A DNA stretch of 64,000 nt from Paramoeba atlantica (taxonomy: Eukaryota > Protista > Discosea), in contig CDRNVI010000036.1 of the NCBI GenBank assembly GCA_977017575.1, positions 124,001 to 188,000 of the forward strand, read 5' to 3'. The position numbers and the translations under genes are program-made. Of the stretch, positions 10,242 through 18,632 are shown piece by piece. The notes beneath the pieces were generated by a model that did not search any database, was not told where the DNA came from, and was given only the letters and a program-made list of their open reading frames with translations. Each line of letters opens with the position of its first letter. Within the stretch, counting starts at the first letter, position 1.

Positions 10242-12041
10242 ATGTCTTGTGAAACGGACCTACTGAACGTCATCCAAACAATGGCCAAGGAAAAGAAGCA
10301 ACTTACGGGAAGCATTAAAAAGCTAGAAACACAAATTGAGGAAATGGAAAAAAGGAACAACGAACTTTCAACCACCCTTTCGCGTGTAGTAGCCGAAAAT
10401 TCGGAGCTTTGTCGGTTCGCTTCTCGCCCAGAAGAAACCACACACGAACGAACAGAAGTGACAAAATATTGGACGCATTTGCTCGAAACAGGAATGTCTT
10501 CACATCAAGTCACGGCAATTCGAAGGGCATACGAAGAATTAAAAACAAAAACTACATGTACTTCCCTTTGGTTCTTTTCTCCGGAGCCTAGGAGTTCATT
10601 GGAAACGTTTTTTACCTTGCCATGGATCATATGGGCGCCCATGCGCCAAGGCGAAAAAGAAAACCTACACTGTCTTCATTGCAAAGAGCGATTGACTTTC
10701 ATGAAGCTTTCTCCTGTGCGTCGGATTTTTGATCTTTCGACACCAATGTACTATCTTTGTGAAGTGTATCAATGTCGTAGCACTGAGTGTCGTAAGGTAA
10801 TATCAAGTGATGAAAAGAGCTTAATTTCCAGCCTATCCCACAAGGCACGAAATTCCTTTCCTATTATTAAAACTGAGAAATTGGGGATGACTAGACGACT
10901 TTCAACGGCCATTATGGCAATAGGAACTAGTGGTTCTAATATGAGTGAATTTCAAGGTATTCTGCAAGAAGTGTATGCCGTCGATTACCATCAGTGGATG
11001 TTGCAATATCTGAGTAATAAGCGCGATGAAAGATACTTTTCTGAATTAAAGCACACGGAAAAATATGGATTTCGCTGGGATCCTAATTGCGTGGAAGCGA
11101 TTTCAAATCGAATTTCACAAGAATGGATGACTCCATCAGTGGATCATTTTCAGGATGTTTTGATTTCATTACTCCAGCAGCGCCAGGTGGAGTGTGACAA
11201 CTATATGTCCGAGCTGACTGGTACAGTGCTTGCAATGGATCATACTTTCGAGACCGCAAAGTGCATTCGACTGCGTGGGGAAGCACCGTTTCGTTCTCAC
11301 TTTGTTGTTCACAATGAAATTGGTGAGATTTTGGCTGCCGTATACACTCGAAATGAAAGTTTTGACACTTTGCACAATGTTCTTTCAAACATAGCATCAC
11401 GTCCAGGAAGCAAAGCAATGGTTATATATGTTGACAACTGTTGCACAGTACGTTCTAAAATACAACGCCACTTTCCATCTGCACATATTAAATGCGATTT
11501 ATGGCATTGGCTGCACCGTTTCGCAGCTGTTATCCCACGCACTTCAGCATCAAATCGGCAAAAAATGTTTTACACCGAGCTTTGCCGATCTGTAGTAGAG
11601 CCTCTTACTATCGCTTTGTCAAAAAAGGAACATCTTGATGCGCATGAGAAAGTTATTCCACGTCCGGCAAAATTGTTTTCTAAAATGGAACTCCTGAAGG
11701 AAAAATATTCGGACATCTTTACATGGAACCCCAAGTTAGCTTCTCTCTCGCCGTACGCAATAGCCCACATCGAGCGGGACTGCCTCAGTGACCCTACAGA
11801 TGTGAATTTGACGCGCGTGGATAAGAATATGGTGTATCGTTCCAGCCGAGGAACCAACATTTGTGAAAGTTTTCATTCTCGTTTGAAAGCTAAAGTGAAG
11901 CTTCGCGCGCGTAGCTCAGCAGAAACTGTAGACGCGCTGACAAGGAGCTTTATTTATCGAAGTAATGTGAAATGTGCTGTGAGATTCAAATCAGCGCCGG
12001 ATATGATATGTGTTTCGACGCTCTGTTGTTTCGAACCTTGA
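10242..12041 (+). CDS. Transposase, N-terminal part: coiled coil + DUF6729-like Cys domain + DDE catalytic core
   Basis: FFTLPWIIWAP...CLHC...RRIFDL...YQC...C...FP pattern; MDHTF (D333), YVDNCC (D398), CDLWH (D419/H422), GTNICESFH (E542). Confidence 0.75.
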   Translation: MSCETDLLNVIQTMAKEKKQLTGSIKKLETQIEEMEKRNNELSTTLSRVVAENSELCRFASRPEETTHERTEVTKYWTHLLETGMSSHQVTAIRRAYEELKTKTTCTSLWFFSPEPRSSLETFFTLPWIIWAPMRQGEKENLHCLHCKERLTFMKLSPVRRIFDLSTPMYYLCEVYQCRSTECRKVISSDEKSLISSLSHKARNSFPIIKTEKLGMTRRLSTAIMAIGTSGSNMSEFQGILQEVYAVDYHQWMLQYLSNKRDERYFSELKHTEKYGFRWDPNCVEAISNRISQEWMTPSVDHFQDVLISLLQQRQVECDNYMSELTGTVLAMDHTFETAKCIRLRGEAPFRSHFVVHNEIGEILAAVYTRNESFDTLHNVLSNIASRPGSKAMVIYVDNCCTVRSKIQRHFPSAHIKCDLWHWLHRFAAVIPRTSASNRQKMFYTELCRSVVEPLTIALSKKEHLDAHEKVIPRPAKLFSKMELLKEKYSDIFTWNPKLASLSPYAIAHIERDCLSDPTDVNLTRVDKNMVYRSSRGTNICESFHSRLKAKVKLRARSSAETVDALTRSFIYRSNVKCAVRFKSAPDMICVSTLCCFEP

Positions 12042-13240
12042 AAGAAACCTTCTCTTCTCTCTTCCTGGGGGCGGACGATGCAAGATTATGTAATAGTCCT
12101 TTTGCACTTCTCCCTGTGGCGAAACAACTAACGACTCATGAACTGTTCTTCACACAATATGTTCACCCTGTTCAATCTGGGGATGGATATGCACTTATCC
12201 CACATTCCTTGTCTGACAATCAGCTGAGTAATGTTCGCAGCTGGGCGCAAAATAAGTTTGGTTGCGAGCCCGCATTTCTTGGCAAAGACGATGTGGAATT
12301 TAACTTCGCACTTTCGGCTACACCAACTAAGCACGAGGAAAAGATGCGTTTCCTAGGTGGAGAGTGCACCGCAGCGTCAATGATGAGCACACTTGAATAC
12401 TTGTGTGCGGGAGATCCCTGTATTCTGCGGTGCGATACATCGCGGGTGGACAAAGATACGACGTTCGAACGAGTTCTTGAACACTTGAGCAAGCCCGAGA
12501 ACGACGTCGAGGAAGTTATAACCAAGGTTTCGCACGGGCAATTATTTCTTCCCCTAGTTCGCTCTCTTACCAATGTCATTTCAAGCACTGTACTCGTTTT
12601 GCACGAGCTTTCACACGTACCATATCTAGTGGTTCCTTTCGATTCCGTATCACCAACTCCGCAGAGGCACATAATATGCGGTGTTTGCGTACTTGATATC
12701 CCTGGTGCAGGAATATTTAAAACTTTTGATACAGATTTTGATGTAGGTTTGGGGGCGCACGAGGAGATCATAATGGTTGATGACTTACCTGTACAACATT
12801 TTACCGCGACAGGAAATAGCAACGCATGTCACCTGGCAACACATTTACATGCTCCAAGAATTGATCCTCGCCAAAGAAACGTGATCGTGAAATTCAATCC
12901 CCTTGAAGTGCGCTTGCTCCTGCAATGTGTCATCGATGAAGTGCGCGACAAATCTTCGAGGCACATACCTTGGCCGAAAGTTTTATCAAGATTCAGCTCC
13001 GTGGTCAAAGAAAATGAGGACCAGTATAGATTTCCTCGAGATTTTAATCAGTTACGGGTTGCGTATCAGAACAGACTTTGCTACAAGGAATGCGCGGAGG
13101 ACGTGAAGTCGCATGATGAGATAATGGGCGAGCTTCGCGCAAAAGAGGATGCTAGAAAAAAGAGAGGACGTAAATGTCCGAATAGAGATTCGCGAATAGA
13201 AGTAGACGGCTTTGAGAATGCGGAAAATGTTCCTCTGTAA
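11972..13240 (+). CDS. Transposase, C-terminal part (frameshifted continuation) with a Myb/SANT-like domain
   Basis: The track start is GTG. It joins ORF 10242 in frame if one ATATG of 12001-12010 is removed. FNPLEVRLLL...IPWPKV...F...R..NQLRVAYQN is Myb-like. Confidence 0.65.
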   Translation: MCCEIQISAGYDMCFDALLFRTLKETFSSLFLGADDARLCNSPFALLPVAKQLTTHELFFTQYVHPVQSGDGYALIPHSLSDNQLSNVRSWAQNKFGCEPAFLGKDDVEFNFALSATPTKHEEKMRFLGGECTAASMMSTLEYLCAGDPCILRCDTSRVDKDTTFERVLEHLSKPENDVEEVITKVSHGQLFLPLVRSLTNVISSTVLVLHELSHVPYLVVPFDSVSPTPQRHIICGVCVLDIPGAGIFKTFDTDFDVGLGAHEEIIMVDDLPVQHFTATGNSNACHLATHLHAPRIDPRQRNVIVKFNPLEVRLLLQCVIDEVRDKSSRHIPWPKVLSRFSSVVKENEDQYRFPRDFNQLRVAYQNRLCYKECAEDVKSHDEIMGELRAKEDARKKRGRKCPNRDSRIEVDGFENAENVPL

Positions 13241-13930
13241 TCCGTTGAGGCAAAGGAGAATTCGCTTTTTAAGAAACATTTCGTAAAAACAGTAGTTAAA
13301 GGAATACGTAAAGGATAAATTAAAGATTAGGTTCCTAATTTTGTCTTCATAGGTTAAAAAATACGCGCGACTCTGCACCTTCATCAACGCTACACCTCCT
13401 CCCTGACTGATCTCCCCCCCCCTGACTTTTCCCTCTTTTTCGGTTTTTGACGTTAAGTCAAAGGGCTGAATTTCCTCTCTTTGACGTATACCCCATTTTC
13501 AGTTTTATGCATAAAAAACGTAAAGTTAGTCACTACTCAGTAAAGTTGGCACTTACTAAAAAACTTAATATAACATGTCCTTCCTTTAAGTGCAATCGCA
13601 AAAATCATGAATGTCTTCAAAAATTATTAGTAGCACGTCGTTGTCGTTCACCTTTCTGTTGCAATTCCAACTTTATGTTGCACTTCTCGGCTAAAGAGCA
13701 TACCAGTTGAGATTTCTTCTCCACCTTTCCCCCCAGAACACTCCTCTCGCGCTTTTATGCTTTCACCCATTCCCGTCGGTGAACCACATTTTCCTGACCT
13801 TCCACCTATCTTCATCCTTCACTTTCATGACCTTCCATCTATGAAATAATGGGTTTTTGCTACACCCCACCGAACTCAATACATAAATCAATACACTTGA
13901 ACTGTAACCTCTTCTGCCGGCGGAGGTGCC

Positions 13931-15079
13931 GTGTGTGTTTGTTCCGCCATAATGACAGCAACTATTGAGTGGAAGAGTCACTAGTGAGTTCTCTATTGAG
14001 TTGTACGCATCTGGATTGCGAAAACTCAATAGTAAACTCAGTAGTACATGTAACTGAAATGTGTTTCTATTATTGAGTCTGAACTTAGTAGTTCCTATGA
14101 AAGTTGTGTACTATTGAGCCTGAACTTCATATTTCCTATTATTAAAACTGAGAAATTGGGGATGACTAGACGACTTTCGATCGCCATTATGGAAATAGGA
14201 ACTAGTGGTTCTAATATGAGTGAATTTCATGGTACCATCAGTGGATGTTGCAATATCTGAGTAATAAGCGCGATGAAAGATACTTTTCTGAATTAAAGCA
14301 CACGGAAAAATATGGATTTCGCTGGGATCCTAATTGCGTGGAAGCGATTTCAAATCGAATTTCACAAGAATGGATGACTCCATCAGTGGATCATTTTCAG
14401 GATGTTTTGATTTCATTACTCCAGCAGCGCCAGGTGGAGTGTGACAACTATATGTCCGAGCTGACTGGTACAGTGCTTGCAATGGATCATACTTTCGAGA
14501 CCGCAAAGTGCATTCGACTGCGTGGGGAAGCACCGTTTCGTTCTCACTTTGTTGTTCACAATGAAATTGGTGAGATTTTGGCTGCCGTATACACTCGAAA
14601 TGAAAGTTTTGACACTTTGCATAATGTTCTTTCAAACATAGTATCACGTCCAGGAAGAAAAGCAATGGTTATAAATAAACGGTTTATATGTTGACAGCGG
14701 TTGCACAGTACGTTCTAAAATACAACGCCACTCCCCATCTTTAAAATAAAGGTGACTTCTTCAAAAAATATTAGTAGCACGTCGTTGTCGTTCACCTTTC
14801 CGTTGCAATTCCAACTTTATGTTGCACTTCTCGGTTAAAGAGCGTACCTGTTGAGATTTCTCCTCCACCTTTCCCCCCAGAACACTCCTCTCACGCTTTA
14901 CTGCTTTCACCCATTCCCGTAGGTGAACCACATTTTCCCACTGACCTTCCACCTATCTTCATCCATCACTTTAATGACCTTCCATCTATGAAAAGGGAAT
15001 TTTTGCTACACCCCACCGAACTCAATACATAAATCAATACAAACTTTGAACTGTAACCTATTCTGCCGGAGGAAGTGCC
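13931..15079 (+). mobile_element. Internally deleted derivative of the 9849-13930 element, in head-to-tail tandem
   Basis: 13931-14131 ~ 9849-10043; 14132-14740 ~ 10857-11480 (28-bp deletion, 13-nt insertion); 17-nt filler; 14758-15079 ~ 13614-13930. Confidence 0.85.
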
Positions 15080-15607
15080 TACCCTTAATTGAAGTTTCTA
15101 TTAATAAACAATTACTGATAATGATGGTGGAATCTCCCTTTTTATCCCTCAATTTTTTTCCGAAAAAAAATACGTCGAAGTTTTTTCGAGTTGAGCAATT
15201 TTACAAGCCTTCTAGATTGGTATTGACAAAAGAGAAGACATTGACTTATTTAAACCAAGCCATTCGGGGACATTATAGTATAGAAAATAAGAGTATAGAA
15301 AATTATATTGTATAGAAAATAAGAGTTCTACGGCTCAAATTGTGGTACACCAGGTTGACAAAAGGTGTGATACACTTATAAAGTTCTGTAGGGTGTCGAT
15401 ACTGTATGGACAACACATGAACGAGAGAAATGGGAAATTGAAAGCACGAATGGCCTTTATTTCAGCCTCAGAAGATGAGCTGATGAAATACAATTAAAAA
15501 TTTAGTATTTGGAGTGCCGTTCAAAACGTTTAAATATTCGGGGGAAAAAAGGGGAGATTTGACCATAATGATCACTTAAAAAAAGGACTATTTAGAATGT
15601 TTGAATT

Positions 15608-16432
15608 TCAAACAATTAAAGTGCAGCCATTTGGCGGACTTAGCAGTAGTTCAAAGGAGTTGTGCTTTATATTAAAAAATTTAATAAATGGAGGGAGAAG
15701 TGAAAGATCTAATTGTCCGCTAAAATTATTTTCATTTAGATATAGATACGTCAATCGGGAAGGCAATCGTCGGAAATCAAGCTTTCCCAAGAGATTATTT
15801 TTTGAAACGTCTAAGTAGGTCAACCCGGACGGAAGGTTGTTAAGCATAATCGGACCTTCAAAATTGTTACTCCTTGCAGAAAATGTGGTGAGGTGTGGTG
15901 GAAGCGAAGTCAGAACAAGTTGGCCTGAAAACGAGTTGTTATCGATCCTAAGCGAGAAAAGACCTTGTGGGAGTCCGGTACAATCAACGACACCATATAA
16001 ATCGTTATCCGAAAGTCCTAAACATGTGAGACCTGGAGGAAGTTTCGTAAATAAAAATTCACCGTTAAATGCATTATTATATAAATCTAACCGCGAGAGA
16101 AAGGGAGGAAGGACTTCGACCGGTATTGCACCTTCAAGAATATTGTGAGCACCACTGTCCCACATCGTTCCGAGAGTAAGCTCCGTAGTGGTTATCGGTA
16201 AGTGGGACCACGAAAGTGTCCCCTGTAGATCGCGATCGTCCCATTCAATTTCAATAACATGATTTTCCTGTGCGCAAGTAACACCGTTCCACTTACAGGC
16301 AGGCGTCAAGGTAGACCACGATGAATGACGATTAGTGACATTGCGAAGAAAAAGATCCATAGAATATTCCTGGGGTAGCGATGCTCCACAAACTTTGCCT
16401 CCACGAGTAGATGGAACACTTTCCTCGTCCAT
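15608..16432 (-). CDS. Leucine-rich repeat protein with an LRRNT_2-like cap
   Basis: WSTLTPACKWNGVTC cap; repeated LPxxLxxLxLxxNxFxG units. The track start is TTG; the first ATG is at 16432. Confidence 0.9.
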   Translation of the reverse strand: MDEESVPSTRGGKVCGASLPQEYSMDLFLRNVTNRHSSWSTLTPACKWNGVTCAQENHVIEIEWDDRDLQGTLSWSHLPITTTELTLGTMWDSGAHNILEGAIPVEVLPPFLSRLDLYNNAFNGEFLFTKLPPGLTCLGLSDNDLYGVVDCTGLPQGLFSLRIDNNSFSGQLVLTSLPPHLTTFSARSNNFEGPIMLNNLPSGLTYLDVSKNNLLGKLDFRRLPSRLTYLYLNENNFSGQLDLSLLPPFIKFFNIKHNSFELLLSPPNGCTLIV

Positions 16433-16601
16433 GTACGACAATAAAAATTAAAAGCAACTTAAAGGCCTAGTAGTTGATGAACTATGCTACGGGAATCGTT
16501 TAGCACTTGGTGTGAAGCACAGAATATTTCAACAAGGTACTTCAACGGCTAACACAAGTCCACGATAACCTACCATAATAATCGAAGAATCATTCAACAC
16601 A

Positions 16602-17144
16602 TTATACAATAAGATTAGCCATAACAGCGGTTTTAAGAAAAAACCTATGATTGATGTGCCGCCCAGCGGCGTACATAATGCGAGTCCCTAAAGGGGCATA
16701 TTTATCGTTCAGTAGAATACCTGTATTGCGGTCAAATTGAATACCAAGCCCACTGTGCCTCAGTTGCATTTGGCGTCTGGTCAATACAACTGCATACATA
16801 ATAGTTCCGGGAATCAGTTTTTGTCGCGGCTGCGCTTCTTCTCCACTCTTAAAACGAAGCACAGCCACACGACGTACGACAACGGGCACCATACGGTGAT
16901 TATGTGTCGCCTCATCAATTTGTTCCAACAGGTAGAACTGCCTGCAGTTTGAATTATCCACGCAGTACACTTTCGCTTGTTTCTGTAGTGGACATGTATT
17001 TCTCATGAATTTTCCGGGCTTCAAGTAGCAGAAACGCTGCTTGCGGTACCTTTCTGTGACATGCCATTTGGTATTTTTGGGCTTGTAAGGATATTGTGTA
17101 GGGGTACCAGCGAACGCTTGTCGGAACCATAGACTCCGCAGCAT
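16602..17144 (-). CDS. MRPL14: Mitochondrial ribosomal protein uL14m (extended, kinetoplastid-like)
   Basis: VYCVDNS, AVVLTRRQ, GLGIQFDRNTGILLNDKYAPLGTRIMYA match the L14 core. The track start is GTG; ATG at 17144. Confidence 0.85.
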   Translation of the reverse strand: MLRSLWFRQAFAGTPTQYPYKPKNTKWHVTERYRKQRFCYLKPGKFMRNTCPLQKQAKVYCVDNSNCRQFYLLEQIDEATHNHRMVPVVVRRVAVLRFKSGEEAQPRQKLIPGTIMYAVVLTRRQMQLRHSGLGIQFDRNTGILLNDKYAPLGTRIMYAAGRHINHRFFLKTAVMANLIV

Positions 17145-17162
17145 TAAAAATCGTCCTTTCAC

Positions 17163-17172
17163 CTAAAAAATG
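17163..17172 (-). promoter_or_regulatory. Putative SL trans-splice acceptor for uL14m
   Basis: Minus strand reads ...catttttt-AG, 18 nt before the ATG. Confidence 0.45.
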
Positions 17173-17442
17173 ATTTTTATTTTAATTTCAATAATTGTTA
17201 GTAAAGTAGTACGCTAAGAAGCGATTAATAGGGCGAATGAGCTACTGTATGTGAAAATTGAGACAGGGTACGCCTACTAACCTTTCAGCATTATAATAAA
17301 TGCTAAGACTAAATAAATGATCATGTAAGTCCATAAAGATGGTACGCCATTTTAAGTCCTGCTTTTGAAGACGTACTTGCAAGGATTGGAGACGTATGAA
17401 CTGGATGATTCAACCGCGCTCTACTTTCCACAAAGATACACT

Positions 17443-18279
17443 TTATCTCTCACAAGAAGACAGCCGGCTCTGAGCCTCGGATGCAATGGAAACAGCTGCA
17501 CTGGTGCCAATCCGACTTGCACCAAGATGGAGGTAAGAAAGCGCATTTTCAAGGTCTTGAATTCCTCCACTTGCTTTTACCTTAGCGGAGGTTCCGACTA
17601 TTGATGCCATAGTTTGCACTGCACTACGAGAGGCCCCCTCTGTATTATACCCTGTGGAGGTCTTAACGTACTCACATCCCGCAAGTACGCAGGTCACGCA
17701 ACAGCGCTCGAGCTGAGGTGTATCCCACCAGGCTGTTTCAAGTATCACCTTGACATTGGCGGGGGAACTCGCTTGTACGATTTGTGTCACCTCATCAAAG
17801 AGCCCCCCAAGGTTACCCTCAGCGATGTTGGCTAAATTCGGCACAAAGTCAATCTCACGGGCGCCATCGAGCACACACTGTCTTGCTTCACAAAGTTTTG
17901 CAGCGAGGTGAGCCGTGCCGTGTGGAAATCCTACCACTGCGGCAATAACAAAAGGTGTGGAGGACAGAAGGGCGCGGCACTCAGCAACGCGAGAACTTGG
18001 AACGCACACGGTTTTTATGCGGTGCTTAATAGCGTCCTTGCATAGCTTTGCGTACTCCTCCGTTGTGGCTTTGGGGTGGAGGAGCGTGGCATCCAAGTAG
18101 TCCCCTATGTGGGCTAGAAATGTGACATCGTTCTCGGGCTGGGATAAACGTGTTTCTCCGGAACTACGTTCCTTTGAATTAAGATGGAAAAATAAAGAGT
18201 CCAATGTGGTTGCATAATCAATATTCAAAATTTGACACACTGTTTTCACGCTGTCTGAAAAATCGCTCTGAAGGTTCAT
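17443..18279 (-). CDS. deoC: Deoxyribose-phosphate aldolase
   Basis: DATLLHP, VVGFPHG, EIDFV, KVILET, YVKTSTG, VKASGGI, RIGTS. Confidence 0.96.
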   Translation of the reverse strand: MNLQSDFSDSVKTVCQILNIDYATTLDSLFFHLNSKERSSGETRLSQPENDVTFLAHIGDYLDATLLHPKATTEEYAKLCKDAIKHRIKTVCVPSSRVAECRALLSSTPFVIAAVVGFPHGTAHLAAKLCEARQCVLDGAREIDFVPNLANIAEGNLGGLFDEVTQIVQASSPANVKVILETAWWDTPQLERCCVTCVLAGCEYVKTSTGYNTEGASRSAVQTMASIVGTSAKVKASGGIQDLENALSYLHLGASRIGTSAAVSIASEAQSRLSSCER

Positions 18280-18632
18280 GTGTCTTTGTCTTCTAGGGCA
18301 AAAAAATTATAGCACCAATTTTTGCTGTCATACCCCATCATCTAATTAGAGTTACATTCATTCAAAAATTTGTTCTGAATATTGTTCTGTATATTCTGAA
18401 GAGCAAAAAAAAAACAAGTACGTAGGTAATTTATTCAAGCATCCATTAAAAATATGAAATGCGAAAACAAAATTCTAATAGAACCCAACCAAATAGAATT
18501 CTCGGAAGCATGCTATACTGTACGAAAAACAGTAAAAAACAAAATGCAACATTGCTTGCTGAATCAGGAAGCATGAGCCCAGATATACTAAAGGGATATA
18601 TCTTATCCTCCCTGCAGTAAAGAAGAGTTCTC

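Larger units (their letters stand above)
9849..13930 (+). mobile_element. ~4.1-kb DNA transposon, copy 1 (ends defined by homology to the adjacent derivative; no TIR seen)
   Basis: Leader 9849-10043 and tail 13614-13930 are both duplicated in 13931-15079; encloses DDE-type ORFs; CTATTGAG/CTCAATAG motif array in the leader and ACTCAATA in the tail. Confidence 0.7.

Noticed and set aside
12220-12822. 200-aa minus-strand ORF within the transposase
   Set aside because: Antisense shadow with no recognisable domain.
13900-13930. Helitron-like 3' hairpin at the element end (CTTCTGCC/GGCGGAGG)
   Set aside because: Imperfect, no CTRR terminus, and the element encodes a DDE rather than a HUH/helicase protein.
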